From contig CAVOVB010000005.1 in the NCBI GenBank assembly GCA_963699755.1, forward strand, positions 1 through 64,000: 64,000 nt of DNA, written 5' to 3'. Shown one piece after another: positions 20,593 to 31,712 of the stretch. Origin of the DNA: an uncultured delta proteobacterium (lineage in GTDB: Bacteria > Myxococcota_A > Polyangia > Polyangiales > Houyiibacteriaceae). Within the stretch, counting starts at the first letter, position 1. Each line of letters starts with the position of its first letter. A model generated the notes under the pieces. That model saw only the letters and a list, made by a program, of their open reading frames with translations. It ran no database searches and had not been told where the DNA came from. A program made the position numbers and the translations under genes.

Positions 20593-22029
20593 CTATGCCC
20601 CTTCCCCGGAGCCAGCCAGGACTTCGATGTACCGCTGGCGGATCTCGGCGATCTTCTCGTCGAGCGTGCCGAGTGTCCACGAGGAAGTATCGACGGGAGG
20701 CAGGACCACCGCTTCGATGACCGCCGGACGAACCACCAGAGCGCCCTTGGGCAAAGCGTCTAGGACGTTACGGAATACCACCGGCACGACGGGCACGTCC
20801 GCATCCATGGCCAGACGAAACGCACCTTTCTTGAAGGCACCGATGGACGCCGTGATCGAACGGGTGCCTTCGGGCGCGATGATCAACGAACGCCCGTGGC
20901 GAAGGGCTTCAATCGCGGGCCCTAGCGCTTCGATCGCCTTGGCGGTATTCGATCGGTCGACAAACACGACCCCAGCCGCCCTGAACAGCGGACCGAAGAT
21001 CGGGTTGTGACGGAGCTCCTCTTTGGCAATGCCGGTGAAATCACGGCGCAGCAGCTTGAGCATCAACACCAGCTCAAGCCCGCTTTGGTGATTGAAGATG
21101 AAGACCGCTGGCCGGTGCGACCAGAGGTTCTCCTGGCCTTCAACTCGAAGATCGATCCCCGCGGCGGACGCGGCGAGGTCTCCCCAGACCGAGCCCATGA
21201 CGTTCACCGCTTCGCGCCTCGAGCGGTTGAGCAGGCCCGCAGCCAATCCGAACGCCACGGACGGTGCTAGGCTGCCGTAGAGCAGGCCGGTGCGGACGAC
21301 GTCGCCCATAGTCGGCGTCCCACGGCTCGTGAAGCGGCGAACCGGCCACTGCCTTTCCTTGGCGATCTGGGCGAGCTTTCGATTGGGGTTGAGCGGACGC
21401 GGGTGGCCGACGATCTCGAAGAGCGGAAGGTCTTCGTGACTATCGGAATAGAAGTAGCTCTGGTCGAGGTCGAGGTCGTACTTGGCTGCGAGGCTCCGGC
21501 CGGCGCTGGCTTTGCCCTCGCCGTAGCAAGTGGGCCGCACGACCTTGCCAGTGAGGACACCGTCTTTGACGCCTAGCTGCGTGTAAAGGAGATGTTTGAT
21601 GCCGAGCTCGTGCGCGACTGGTTCGGCTTGGTAACGCGTTGCTGAAGTGATGATCGCGACCGTGTGGCCCATGTTTTGGTGCGCCTTCACCAAGGCGCGC
21701 GATTCCGGATAGATTGCGGTCGCAAGATGCTTCTCGAACGCACGCTGCCCGGCTTCTTCGAGGACGCTTTCTGCCATGCCGCGATAGACTGCCGAAGTCG
21801 CGGTCACGAACGAGGAGAATCCGGTACGCCCCATGGTGAAGGAAATCGTCGCGCGAAGCGAATCCGCGAGGTCGCGGGGTGTCAATCGGCCCGAGCTGAA
21901 CTGGTCGCGCGTGAATGCCGTCGCAGAGAAGCCTGCAAAGAGCGTCTGATCGAGATCGAAGAACGCCCCGACTTCCGGACCCGCCGGACCGCTTCGGATT
22001 TCCTTGGTCAGCTGCTCGTGGAGCGCCAT
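20593..22029 (-). CDS. HAD-IB phosphatase / 1-acyl-glycerol-3-phosphate acyltransferase fusion (PlsC-like)
   Basis: FFDLDQT and YSDSHEDLP HAD motifs; NHQS, FVDR, PEGTRS, FKKGAF acyltransferase motifs. Confidence 0.9.
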   Translation of the reverse strand: MALHEQLTKEIRSGPAGPEVGAFFDLDQTLFAGFSATAFTRDQFSSGRLTPRDLADSLRATISFTMGRTGFSSFVTATSAVYRGMAESVLEEAGQRAFEKHLATAIYPESRALVKAHQNMGHTVAIITSATRYQAEPVAHELGIKHLLYTQLGVKDGVLTGKVVRPTCYGEGKASAGRSLAAKYDLDLDQSYFYSDSHEDLPLFEIVGHPRPLNPNRKLAQIAKERQWPVRRFTSRGTPTMGDVVRTGLLYGSLAPSVAFGLAAGLLNRSRREAVNVMGSVWGDLAASAAGIDLRVEGQENLWSHRPAVFIFNHQSGLELVLMLKLLRRDFTGIAKEELRHNPIFGPLFRAAGVVFVDRSNTAKAIEALGPAIEALRHGRSLIIAPEGTRSITASIGAFKKGAFRLAMDADVPVVPVVFRNVLDALPKGALVVRPAVIEAVVLPPVDTSSWTLGTLDEKIAEIRQRYIEVLAGSGEGA

Positions 22030-22294
22030 GTGAGCTGAGGAGCATACCCCAACTCGGTGCGGTGCCGTGGACCTCCGATGGACCTAGGCCGCTTTTTCCT
22101 CGACCGAGCTCTTCGAGGCCACGACGAAAACCTGGGGATCTCGCGCGCACGGAATCAGGTTCGAGGAGCCGAACCTAGTGATTTTCATGCGCCACCGCGC
22201 GATCCTCGTCGCGGTAGCCGCGCTAGCCGTCGCCGCGCTGATCGACTTCGCGCCCTTCGCGGAAACCCAGACTCGGCTATAGTCGGGGCACGAG

Positions 22295-23356
22295 ATGTAC
22301 ACCAAGAGAAACTACTCCCTCCGAGACATGGCCTGGTGGACCCGGTATGACACCTTCGTCTTGACCCTGGTCGCGCTGGTTCCGGTCGTCATCTACGAAG
22401 TCCTCGATCAGCGCTGGCTTCGTTTGCCCTGGTTGCCGATCGCCGTGGTGGGCACTGCTGTCGCCTTCATCATCAGCTTTCAGAACAACGCGAGCTATGA
22501 TCGTGTTTGGGAAGCGCGAAAGATCTGGGGCGGAATCGTCAACACCTCGCGCACCTGGGGGATCGTGGTAAACGACTTCATTACCAACGATTTCACAGAC
22601 GAGCAGGCGAGCGCGGCCGAGCTTCGAGCGATGCGCCGGAAGCTGATCCTCCGCCACGTCGCCTGGCTGACCGCGCTCCGGCACGCGATGCGACAGCCGA
22701 AGCCTTGGGAGCACGTTATGAAGCACCCTTCCAACAGGGAATGGGGGGACGCGATTGGCGTGAGAGAGCATCGCTATTCCCTCGAAGACGAGCTCGGACC
22801 CTATCTTTCGGAGACGGACCTCGCGTACGTACTGTCGAAATCGAATAAGGCCACGCAGCTCATTTCCCTTCAGTCGAAAGCGCTCCGCGAGCTCCGAGCT
22901 CGCAGCTTGATCGAGGACTTCAGGCACATGGAAATGGAGAGCGTGCTCAGCGAGCTCTACGGGCTCCAAGGAAAGTCGGAACGGATCAAGAACTTCCCCT
23001 ACCCCAGGCAATACGCGACGCTCAACTCGTTCTTCTTGTGGATTTTCGTGATCCTGCTTCCCTTCGGAGTCATGTTCGAGTTCGACAAGATCGGCGCTGG
23101 GCTGGCCGACAGCTACCCGCTGATTGGCGCAAACTTCGTCTGGCTGAGCGTGCCGTTCAGCGTTCTGGTCATGTGGATCTTTCACACGATGGAACGCATC
23201 GGCCGAGTCAGCGAGAATCCATTCGAGGGCACGCCGAACGATGTGCCGATCACGACGATCTCACGGGGCATCGAAATCGACCTGCGCGAAATGCTCGACG
23301 AGGACCCCGAATCCATCCCGCCTGCTATCGAGGCTGTACACGCGACGCAAACCTGA
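22295..23356 (+). CDS. Bestrophin-family ion channel
   Basis: FQNNASYDRVWEARKIWGGIVN, ERIKNFPYPRQY, ENPFEGTPNDVP. Confidence 0.88.
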   Translation: MYTKRNYSLRDMAWWTRYDTFVLTLVALVPVVIYEVLDQRWLRLPWLPIAVVGTAVAFIISFQNNASYDRVWEARKIWGGIVNTSRTWGIVVNDFITNDFTDEQASAAELRAMRRKLILRHVAWLTALRHAMRQPKPWEHVMKHPSNREWGDAIGVREHRYSLEDELGPYLSETDLAYVLSKSNKATQLISLQSKALRELRARSLIEDFRHMEMESVLSELYGLQGKSERIKNFPYPRQYATLNSFFLWIFVILLPFGVMFEFDKIGAGLADSYPLIGANFVWLSVPFSVLVMWIFHTMERIGRVSENPFEGTPNDVPITTISRGIEIDLREMLDEDPESIPPAIEAVHATQT

Positions 23357-23363
23357 GGCCGAT

Positions 23364-24002
23364 ATGCGCAAGTACGAGCAAATCTTCGAAAACAACCGCA
23401 AATGGGTCGCGTCCCACGTCGAGCGAGATCCAGATTTCTTCAAACGGCTCGCGGCCGGGCAAGATCCCGAGTTCCTATTCATCGGCTGCGCCGACAGCCG
23501 TGTTCCCGCCAATGAGATCATGGGGCTCAATCCCGGAGAGGTGTTCGTCCATCGGAACGTCGCCAACTTGGTCGTCAGCACGGACATCAATGCGCAGTCG
23601 GTCATCGAGTACGCGGTCCGCCATCTCGACGTGAGGCACATCATCGTCTGCGGACACTACGGCTGCGGCGGCGTTGCGGCCGCCATGCAGCCAGCGGACC
23701 TCGGCTTGCTCAACGGTTGGCTTCGCGAGATTCGAGACGTCTACCGGCTCTATCAAGACGAGCTGGACGCTATCGAAGACCAGCAGGCTCGCTACCGGCG
23801 GCTCATCGAGCTGAACATCCAAGAGCAGTGCGTCAACGTCATCAAGACCGCCGTCGTCCAGAAAACCTACCTGCAGACCGGTCATCCCACCGTGCACGGC
23901 TGGGTGTACGACCTTGCTGATGGGCTTCTCCATGACCTCGAGATTCCCTTCGCCGAGATCCTCGCGAAGATCCAGAAGATCTACGACCTCGGCGGAAAGT
24001 AG
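23364..24002 (+). CDS. can: Beta-class carbonic anhydrase
   Basis: IGCADSRV, HRNVAN, CGHYGCGG zinc ligands; starts 7 nt after the bestrophin stop. Confidence 0.95.
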   Translation: MRKYEQIFENNRKWVASHVERDPDFFKRLAAGQDPEFLFIGCADSRVPANEIMGLNPGEVFVHRNVANLVVSTDINAQSVIEYAVRHLDVRHIIVCGHYGCGGVAAAMQPADLGLLNGWLREIRDVYRLYQDELDAIEDQQARYRRLIELNIQEQCVNVIKTAVVQKTYLQTGHPTVHGWVYDLADGLLHDLEIPFAEILAKIQKIYDLGGK

Positions 24003-24023
24003 ACGACGCCACGAACGGGCAGG

Positions 24024-25439
24024 TCAGAGGATGTACTTCGCGAGATCCTCGTCTGCGAGGATCGGGTCCAAGGTGGCCTTCACGCGGTCCACGTCCACCA
24101 AGTACTTCGATTGCGCACGCTCGGACGCATCATAGGAGAGCTCCTCGAGCAGGGCTTCCATGATCGTGTAGAGGCGGCGAGCTCCGATGTTCTCGGCCCG
24201 GCGATTCGCCTCTGCGGCATAGCCGGCGAGCGCCTCGATCGCCGCAGGCTCGAATACCACCTCAATGCCCTCGGTGGCCATCAGCGCCTGATACTGCTTG
24301 GTGAGCGCGTTCTTCGGCTCGGTGAGAATCCTGATGAAATCGTCCTTCTCGAGCGAGTCGAGCTCGACCCGAATCGGGAAGCGGCCCTGAAGCTCGGGAA
24401 TCAGATCCGACACTTTGGAAACGTGAAATGCGCCGGCCGCAATGAAGAGGATGTGGTCGGTTTTGACGGTTCCGTACTTCGTGCTCACCGTCGAACCCTC
24501 GACGATGGGAAGCAGGTCGCGCTGCACGCCTTCCCTCGACACGTCGGGACCTCCATGGCTGCGGTCCGAACCCACTTTGTCGATCTCGTCCAAGAACACG
24601 ATGCCCGCCTGTTCGGTCCGTTTCACCGCGTCACGTTGCACCTTGTCGTGGTCGATCAGCTTTTTTGCTTCTTGCTGCTGGAGAACCTCCAAGGCATCGG
24701 GAACCTTGAGCCGACGTCGCTTGGTACGGCCTTTGAAGCCGGGCATCTGAGACATCATGTCTTGCAGGTTCACCTCCTCGGTTCCCTGGGCACCGAAGAT
24801 CGTCATGAACGGGTTCTGGGTGTCGGTCACGTCGAGCTCGACCTCCTCCTCATCCAGATCCCCGTTGCGGAGCTGCTGACGGAGGTCGTTGACCTCGCTC
24901 TCCGAGTAGAAGGGCTGTGGCTGCGCCGCTGGCGGCGGGGTGATTTGGAAGCTCAAGGGCCCGAACTGATGGGTTTGAGCGCTCGGCTGCGCTTGCTCTG
25001 GCTGGGCCGGCGGCCGTCGTGCGCCGAGGATCATTTTGGCCAAGCGTTCTTCGGCTGCGTCTTGTGCCCGGGTTTGCACGGCGTCGAGCGCCTCTTTTTC
25101 GCAGATTTGAATCGCGTTTTCGACCAGATCCCGGATCATCGACTCGACGTCGCGTCCCACGTAACCGACCTCTGTGAACTTCGAGGCCTCGACTTTGACG
25201 AAAGGCGCGCGCGCCAGCTTGGCGAGCCGCCTCGCGATTTCAGTCTTACCGACCCCGGTGGGTCCGATCATGATGATGTTGCGCGGCGCGATTTCGTCGC
25301 GGAGCTCGCTCGTCACATGCTGTCGACGCCAGCGATTGCGGAGCGCGATGGCGACTGCGCGCTTGGCCTTTTGCTGCCCGATGATGTAGCGATCCAGCTC
25401 GCCAACAGTTTCGCGAGGGGTGAAGTTGCCTAGTGTCAT
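24024..25439 (-). CDS. hslU: ATP-dependent protease ATPase subunit HslU
   Basis: [37 protein letters not shown]. Confidence 0.97.
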   Translation of the reverse strand: MTLGNFTPRETVGELDRYIIGQQKAKRAVAIALRNRWRRQHVTSELRDEIAPRNIIMIGPTGVGKTEIARRLAKLARAPFVKVEASKFTEVGYVGRDVESMIRDLVENAIQICEKEALDAVQTRAQDAAEERLAKMILGARRPPAQPEQAQPSAQTHQFGPLSFQITPPPAAQPQPFYSESEVNDLRQQLRNGDLDEEEVELDVTDTQNPFMTIFGAQGTEEVNLQDMMSQMPGFKGRTKRRRLKVPDALEVLQQQEAKKLIDHDKVQRDAVKRTEQAGIVFLDEIDKVGSDRSHGGPDVSREGVQRDLLPIVEGSTVSTKYGTVKTDHILFIAAGAFHVSKVSDLIPELQGRFPIRVELDSLEKDDFIRILTEPKNALTKQYQALMATEGIEVVFEPAAIEALAGYAAEANRRAENIGARRLYTIMEALLEELSYDASERAQSKYLVDVDRVKATLDPILADEDLAKYIL

Positions 25440-25990
25440 CCGCCCATCTCCTCGACGACGATCTCGTTGTTGGTGTAGACGCAGATCTCCGCGGCGATTT
25501 CGAGCGACCGACGCGCAACCTCCGCCGCTGATAAATCCGTGTTGCGGAGCAGCGCCCGGGCCGCCGCCAGAGCATATGAGCCGCCCGAGCCGATCGCGAT
25601 GACGCCTTCGTCGGGCTCGATCACGTCACCGGTGCCGCTGATCAGGAGAGTCGCCTCCTCGTTCATGACCACCAACATCGCTTCGAGTCGCCGTAGATAC
25701 CGGTCGGTGCGCCAATCCTTGGCGAGCTCGACGGCCGAGCGCAGAAGGCTTCCCCGGTGCTCTTTGAGCTTGGCCTCGAAACGGTCGAGGAGCGTGAAGG
25801 CATCTGCCGTCGCCCCGGCAAAGCCAGCCACCACCTTCCCCTCGGCGATGCGCCGCACCTTTCGGGCCTGGCCCTTCATGACCGTTTGGCCCAGCGAGAC
25901 CTGACCATCACCTGCCATAGCGGCTTGACCGTTTCGGCGGACGGCAACGATGGTGGTAGAACGAAAAACGGGGGTGTCCGTGTGATGCAT
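25436..25990 (-). CDS. hslV: ATP-dependent protease peptidase subunit HslV
   Basis: [22 protein letters not shown]; start inferred. Confidence 0.96.
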   Translation of the reverse strand: MHHTDTPVFRSTTIVAVRRNGQAAMAGDGQVSLGQTVMKGQARKVRRIAEGKVVAGFAGATADAFTLLDRFEAKLKEHRGSLLRSAVELAKDWRTDRYLRRLEAMLVVMNEEATLLISGTGDVIEPDEGVIAIGSGGSYALAAARALLRNTDLSAAEVARRSLEIAAEICVYTNNEIVVEEMGG

Positions 25991-26027
25991 CTCGGGTCGA
26001 AGCAACCTAAGTCGGCGATTTTGCGTG

Positions 26028-26969
26028 TCAACCGCCGGGTTTGTCCTTCGCAAGTGGGTGAGCCTTGTCATAAACCTCCATCAAGCGGTCCACGCTCACA
26101 TGAGTGTACTTCTGGGTGGTCGACAAGCTCGAGTGCCCGAGCAGCTCTTGAATCGAACGAAGGTCGGCTCCAGCATCGAGCAGATGCGTCGCGCAAGTAT
26201 GCCGCATCGCGTGCGGATGAAGATCTCCTCGCCCCGCTCCCAGCGTCCCATGCCGACGAACGATGTTCTGCACCTGACGAACACTCAGCCTCCGGCCACC
26301 TTGTGAAAGCCAGAGTGCATCGGGATCGCCAGCCTTGGCCTTCACTTGCAGGCCGCGCCGGGCAGGCAGGTACCCATGGAGGGCATCGAGCGCCGCCTTG
26401 CCGAGAGGCACGATCCGTTCCTTGCCACCCTTGCCGAGGACCCGCACCGTCGATTCGCTCAGGTCGCAATCGTCGAGGTTCATCGATGCAAGCTCGCCCA
26501 CGCGAACCCCGGTACCGTATAGCGTCTCCAAGAGCGCTTGGTCACGCGCCTGAAGTGGCATGGCTCGCTTCTTCTCCTTCGGAGGGGCATCCATCACCCG
26601 AAATGCTTGTTCTACGGAGAGAAACCGAGGCAAGGACTTTGCGATTTTCGGTGAGCGCAAACCCGAGGCCGGGTTGGTCTCGATGATCCGACGCTTCAAG
26701 AGGAACTTGAAGAAGGAGCGAATCGCACTCACCTTCTTCTTCATCGTGCTCGCCTGATTGTCGCGAAACAGGCTGGCGAGAAAACCCCTCAAGACCGTGA
26801 CGTCGAGCTTGCGCGCGTCGGCCGGTAAGCTCTGCTCACCAAGGTAGTCGCGGAAGCTTCGCAGGTCGCGAATGTATGTCTCGACGGTGCGTACCGAGCT
26901 CCTCCGCTCATCCGCCAGATATTGAGCGAAGGCGTCGATCTGCTGGTCGAGCGGAGCGATAGCGCTCAT
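26028..26969 (-). CDS. xerC: Tyrosine recombinase XerC
   Basis: [34 protein letters not shown]; trmFO-xerC-hslV synteny. Confidence 0.92.
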   Translation of the reverse strand: MSAIAPLDQQIDAFAQYLADERRSSVRTVETYIRDLRSFRDYLGEQSLPADARKLDVTVLRGFLASLFRDNQASTMKKKVSAIRSFFKFLLKRRIIETNPASGLRSPKIAKSLPRFLSVEQAFRVMDAPPKEKKRAMPLQARDQALLETLYGTGVRVGELASMNLDDCDLSESTVRVLGKGGKERIVPLGKAALDALHGYLPARRGLQVKAKAGDPDALWLSQGGRRLSVRQVQNIVRRHGTLGAGRGDLHPHAMRHTCATHLLDAGADLRSIQELLGHSSLSTTQKYTHVSVDRLMEVYDKAHPLAKDKPGG

Positions 26970-28284
26970 CGTTAGACTCTACCACGTCGCTCAGCCAGGC
27001 CCCGAGATCCTGCAGGGCACGCTCCGACTGCGCATCGCGTCGGGCACGCTTGTTCAGCCGTCGCCCTTCGATCGTGGGGACCATGCTGAACATCACGTTG
27101 GACGGTTGGAAGTCGTCGTTCGGCTTCCGAAGATGCCCGACCAGGCCGCCGAGCATCGTCGTCGGGGGCGGAAACGAAGACGTGAGCCCCTGGACTTGGT
27201 GAGCGAGCTTGATCCCAAGCAGCATGCCGCACGCAGCGCTCTCGACGTAACCCTCGACGCCACTGATCTGACCCGCGAGGTAGACCCCGGGCCGCGCCCG
27301 AAGCGCCAAGTCGTCGTCGAGCACCTCAGGCGCGTTGACGAAGGTATTGCGATGAATGCTGCCAAATCTTTCGAACTCGGAATTCTCCAGTCCGGGAATC
27401 ATCCGAAAGACGCGCTTCTGCTCGGGCCAGGTCATGCGCGTCTGAAAGCCCACCATGTTGAACGCAGTCCCCGCCTGGTCTTCTTGCCGGAGTTGCACCG
27501 CGGCATGCGGCCAGCGCCCCGTCCTTGGGTCAGTGAGCCCAACTGGCTTCATGCAGCCAAACGAAAGGGTCTTGTGCCCCCTCGCAGCCATGACCTCGAT
27601 CGGAAGGCAGCCCTCGAAGTATCGGACGTTCTCGAACTCTCGCGGCGTCACCTTCTCGGCGTCGAGAATCGCCTGCACGAAGGCTTCGTACTCCTCTTTG
27701 TCGAGGGGGCAGTTCACATAGGCGGCATCTCCGCCCTTGTCGTAGCGCGATGCCCGAAATGCCCGTTCAAAGTTGATTGAGTCGGCGGCGATGATCGGCG
27801 CAATCGCGTCGTAATAGGCTAGGTGCTCGACGCCGACCGCCGCCGCGATGTCATCGGCGAGGCCCCCGGAAGTCAGCGGCCCCGTCGCGATGACCAGCGG
27901 GCGCGCCTCGGGAATCCGATCGACCCGCTCATGGACCACTTCAATGAGCGGATGAGCGTGGATCCGGCGCGTTATTTCCGAACTAAACTGCTCGCGGTCG
28001 ACGGCAAACGCACCGCCTGCCGGCACCCGGTATAGAGCTCCGACCTCCATCACGAGCGAGCCCACCCTACGCATCTCTTCCTTGAGAAGCCCGACCGCGT
28101 TGTACAAAGCAGCGCCTCGAAACGAGTTGGAGCAGACCAGCTCGGCCATTTCATCGGAGTGTTGAGCAGGTGTGCGAGACACGGGTTTCTGCTCGATCAG
28201 GCGAACCGAGACACCTCGCGCGGCGAGTTGCCAAGCACACTCGCTGCCGGCTAGACCCGCACCAACGACGACCAGCCCCGACAC
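26908..28284 (-). CDS. trmFO: tRNA (uracil-5)-methyltransferase TrmFO
   Basis: [35 protein letters not shown]. Confidence 0.95.
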   Translation of the reverse strand: MSGLVVVGAGLAGSECAWQLAARGVSVRLIEQKPVSRTPAQHSDEMAELVCSNSFRGAALYNAVGLLKEEMRRVGSLVMEVGALYRVPAGGAFAVDREQFSSEITRRIHAHPLIEVVHERVDRIPEARPLVIATGPLTSGGLADDIAAAVGVEHLAYYDAIAPIIAADSINFERAFRASRYDKGGDAAYVNCPLDKEEYEAFVQAILDAEKVTPREFENVRYFEGCLPIEVMAARGHKTLSFGCMKPVGLTDPRTGRWPHAAVQLRQEDQAGTAFNMVGFQTRMTWPEQKRVFRMIPGLENSEFERFGSIHRNTFVNAPEVLDDDLALRARPGVYLAGQISGVEGYVESAACGMLLGIKLAHQVQGLTSSFPPPTTMLGGLVGHLRKPNDDFQPSNVMFSMVPTIEGRRLNKRARRDAQSERALQDLGAWLSDVVESNDERYRSARPADRRLRSISGG

Positions 28285-28293
28285 CGCCGACCC

Positions 28294-30690
28294 TCAGCCC
28301 GCCGCGGAGCTGGCCGAAGGCGGCGCCCCTTCCGACTCGCTCTCCTCGAGCAGCTCCGAAGGATCGTAGGGGCGCTCGAAGTCGCAGGTTTCGTTTGCAC
28401 ACTTGAGCTTGGGGTTCTTTTTGCCGCCCATCAGGAGGAGGAAATCGCTGCCGCAGGTCGGGCATGGGATCCCAACCGGCGCCTGCCAGATACGGAAGTC
28501 GCAGGGCTCTTCGGAACGGTAGTTGGTGCAGCCGTAAAAGGGACGCCCGCGGCCCTTGGGCTTGATCGGAACGATGTCGCCCGTCTTGCACTTGGGGCAC
28601 TTGTACCCGAGCGGCACGGCCCGCGTGTGCTTGCACTCTGGATAACGAGAGCAGCCCAGGAACCAACCGTTGCGGCCCCAACGTTTGGTCATCTTCGCGC
28701 CACACTCGTGGCAATCGTATTCGGTGAGCTCCGGCTCTTTGGGCGCTTCGACCTCGCCGTCCGCACCGATGTTGAGCGTGTAGCGGCACTCCGGGTACTT
28801 CGTGCAGCCAATGAAGGGCCCGTTCCGCCCCCAGCGCTTCACCAGCGGGTCACCGGATTCCGGGCAGGTCTCGCCGGTCTCGACCGGGTCGGGCCACCAC
28901 TTGCCCTTTTGCTCGATCGCATGCGAGATTTGCGCCTGCAATCGGTCGTGGAATGGTTGAAGAACATCGAGGCGTTTCGCCCGCGCCTCTCCGACGGCAT
29001 CGAGGTCCTCCTCGAGCTTCCGAGTGAACCCAATGTCCGCTAGATCGAAGTTGTCAGCCACCAGCTTCTCGATGACTAGCGTCCCAAGGGGCGTCGGCAC
29101 GAGCTTGTTGCCGTCCTTTTCGACGTAGGAACGCTGCTCGACCTTGCTGATGATCTCCGCATAGGTGCTCGGACGTCCGATCCCCTCTTCTTCGAGCTTC
29201 TTGACGAGCGTCGCCTCGGTGAACAGCGGCGGAGGCTCGGTTTGCTTGTGGTGTCCCTCGACCCCTGGCGGAATCACGAGGTGCAGCGACTCGCCTTCAT
29301 TGAGCTCGGGCAGGCTGTCATCGTCCTCCGTTCGATCCGATGGGCTCGGCTCCTCGCCGGCAAGCTCCGTGCTCGCGCCGTACACCGCCCGCCACCCGGG
29401 AACTTTGAGGACGCTGCCGCTCGCCCGAAGCCCATAGACGTGACTGCACGTCTTTGCTTCGATTTCGACGCTCGTCTGATCGAAGACCGCCGGCGTCATC
29501 TGCGATGCCACGAAACGGTCCCAAATGAGCTTGTAGAGCTTGCGCTGGGGATCGTTCAGGTACTTGCTGACTTCTTCGGGCGGCAAGTCGAGGCGGGTCG
29601 GACGAATCGCTTCGTGCGCGTCCTGTACGTTCTGCTTCTTGCTCTTGAAGAAATTCGGCTCGTCGGGAACCGAGCCCTTGCCGTACTTCTTGGCGATGTA
29701 GTCGCGGCAGTCGTTCACCGCGTCGGGTGAAAGCCGCACGCTGTCCGTACGCATGTAGGTGATGAGCCCAACCGTCTCCGAGTTTTTCCCGCGGCCGAGT
29801 GTCATGCCTTCGTAGAGTTGCTGCGCGATTCGCATGGTGCGCTTCGGCGGCATGCTCAAGCGGTTGGCGGCGTCCTGCTGGAGCTTTGATGTCGTGTAAG
29901 GAGCCGGCGCTTTGCGTGACGCCTTGCGCTTCGTGACCTCCTTGACGGAGTAGTCTGCTTTCTTCAGGTCCGAAACGTAGCGCGCGGAGTCTTCCTCGTT
30001 GAGGACAGCGAGCCGCGAGCCGACCCTGTCGAGCTTCTGGCCGTCGACACTCTGCAGCAAGGCCGTGAAAGAGTGGGGCTTCCCCCCTTTTAGCCGTGCA
30101 TCGACGAGCCAGTAGTCCACCGCGACGAATGCATCGCGCTCGTGCTGCCGGTCGACGATGATGCGGAGCGCCGGTGTCTGGACGCGGCCGGCCGAGAGGC
30201 CGAAGGCAAGCTTCTTCCACAGAAGACTCGAGAGCGGATAGCCACCGATTCGATCGAGCACCCGACGGGTGCGTTGCGCTTCGTAGAGGTTCGAATCAAG
30301 GTCGCGAGGCGCTTCGAGTCCCTTTTTGACACCACGCTTGGTGATCTCTTCGAAGAGAACTCGCTTGATCTCGGCATCCTGGTTCGCCTTCTTCGCCACC
30401 TCCATCAGATGGTAAGCGATCGCCTCCCCTTCACGGTCGGGGTCGGTTGCCAGCAGGACCCTGTCCGCTTTCTTGGCCGCCGCCCGAATCGCTTTGACGA
30501 CCTCGGGCTTGCCCTTCTCCTCGAGGAGCTCGTAGGTTTCCTGGAAACCATTCTCGATATCCACGCCCCCCTTCTTGGGAAGGTCTTTGATGTGGCCCTT
30601 GGACGCGAGAACCTCGTAGCCGTCACCGACATACTTCTTGATGGTCTTCGCCTTGGCAGGGGACTCCACGATGAGGAGGATTTTGGACAT
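28294..30690 (-). CDS. topA: DNA topoisomerase I with C-terminal zinc ribbons
   Basis: IVESPAKAKTI, DPDREGE, SAGRVQ, ITYMRTD, GIGRPSTYA, several CxxC ribbons. Confidence 0.97.
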   Translation of the reverse strand: MSKILLIVESPAKAKTIKKYVGDGYEVLASKGHIKDLPKKGGVDIENGFQETYELLEEKGKPEVVKAIRAAAKKADRVLLATDPDREGEAIAYHLMEVAKKANQDAEIKRVLFEEITKRGVKKGLEAPRDLDSNLYEAQRTRRVLDRIGGYPLSSLLWKKLAFGLSAGRVQTPALRIIVDRQHERDAFVAVDYWLVDARLKGGKPHSFTALLQSVDGQKLDRVGSRLAVLNEEDSARYVSDLKKADYSVKEVTKRKASRKAPAPYTTSKLQQDAANRLSMPPKRTMRIAQQLYEGMTLGRGKNSETVGLITYMRTDSVRLSPDAVNDCRDYIAKKYGKGSVPDEPNFFKSKKQNVQDAHEAIRPTRLDLPPEEVSKYLNDPQRKLYKLIWDRFVASQMTPAVFDQTSVEIEAKTCSHVYGLRASGSVLKVPGWRAVYGASTELAGEEPSPSDRTEDDDSLPELNEGESLHLVIPPGVEGHHKQTEPPPLFTEATLVKKLEEEGIGRPSTYAEIISKVEQRSYVEKDGNKLVPTPLGTLVIEKLVADNFDLADIGFTRKLEEDLDAVGEARAKRLDVLQPFHDRLQAQISHAIEQKGKWWPDPVETGETCPESGDPLVKRWGRNGPFIGCTKYPECRYTLNIGADGEVEAPKEPELTEYDCHECGAKMTKRWGRNGWFLGCSRYPECKHTRAVPLGYKCPKCKTGDIVPIKPKGRGRPFYGCTNYRSEEPCDFRIWQAPVGIPCPTCGSDFLLLMGGKKNPKLKCANETCDFERPYDPSELLEESESEGAPPSASSAAG

Positions 30691-30699
30691 CGATCTCCT

Positions 30700-31617
30700 T
30701 TAGTAGTGCTCGCTGCGGCTTCGGCAACTTTTGTACCGGCCCCCCGGCCTCTCCTCGATCAGTCCCCGAATGAGCAGGCGCACAATAGCCTGCTGAACCT
30801 CGAGCGCCGGGATCCCGGTGCCCTGGCAGAGGTCCTCGGGATGGCGCGCGCGGCCTTGGAGAGATTGGAGAATCGTTTGCTCTGGCTGGGTCAAGTTGTT
30901 GAAATCGTAAGAATTTCCCTTGTTCTTCGGGGCTTTGGCGGGACGGCTTGTCCCGCTTGGAGCGCTCTCGGATAGGACATCGGCGGGACGCACGCAAATC
31001 CTCGCCCCCTTGGAAAGGAGCCGGAGATTGCCCGATCCCCTCGGATCCCAAGGGGAAGCGGGCACCGCAAAAACCAGCCGGCCGAGCCGTTGAGCGAACC
31101 TGGCGGTCGACAGGGCCCCCGATCGAGCGGGGGCCTGAACGACGATCGTCGAGCGCCCGAGCGCAGCGATCAGCCGGTTTCGGGTGAGGAAGCGCCCTGG
31201 CTGGGCATCGGCTCCGTCTTCGACCTCGGTTAATAGGCAGCCGTTGTCGATGACCCGCTCGAACAGGTCGTGGTTCGCCCAAGGGTATGGCGGATCGAGC
31301 CCGGTCGGGAGCACGACGAGGGTACGCCCTCCCCCATCGACCGCCCCTTCATGAGCAGCCCGATCGACCCCAACGGCTCCACCGGAGACGACGGTGAATC
31401 CGTTGAGCACCGCCGCACTCGCAAGCGAGTAGGCGAAATCGAGCGCCTCGTCGTCGGCTCGACGTGTGCCGACGATCGAGACGGCGCGTCGGAGATCGGG
31501 AAGCTCTCCGACGATTCGGATTTCGCCGGGGGTGTCCGAAAGATCGCGTAGACCGATAGGGTAATCCTTCTCGCCAAGAGTCAGCGAGCGGGCGCGCGCA
31601 GGCAGATCGTCGAGCAT
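30700..31617 (-). CDS. dprA: DNA-processing protein DprA
   Basis: IVGTR, VSGGAVGVD, RNRLIAAL, SGALST; upstream of topA. Confidence 0.92.
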   Translation of the reverse strand: MLDDLPARARSLTLGEKDYPIGLRDLSDTPGEIRIVGELPDLRRAVSIVGTRRADDEALDFAYSLASAAVLNGFTVVSGGAVGVDRAAHEGAVDGGGRTLVVLPTGLDPPYPWANHDLFERVIDNGCLLTEVEDGADAQPGRFLTRNRLIAALGRSTIVVQAPARSGALSTARFAQRLGRLVFAVPASPWDPRGSGNLRLLSKGARICVRPADVLSESAPSGTSRPAKAPKNKGNSYDFNNLTQPEQTILQSLQGRARHPEDLCQGTGIPALEVQQAIVRLLIRGLIEERPGGRYKSCRSRSEHY

Positions 31618-31712
31618 GGGGACGGTATCGACCAGCCACCAGGACGGTTGCGCTCGCGTAGGCCTCGCTCCCGCCCAAGCGACCACGCGAATCGACGTGG
31701 GTGGGCGCGTTC

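Noticed and set aside
22187..22282. 31-codon hydrophobic ORF before the bestrophin gene
   Set aside because: Could be a signal-peptide remnant, but too short to call.
26028..26969. xerC as a prophage/island integrase
   Set aside because: It sits in the housekeeping trmFO-xerC-hslVU context.
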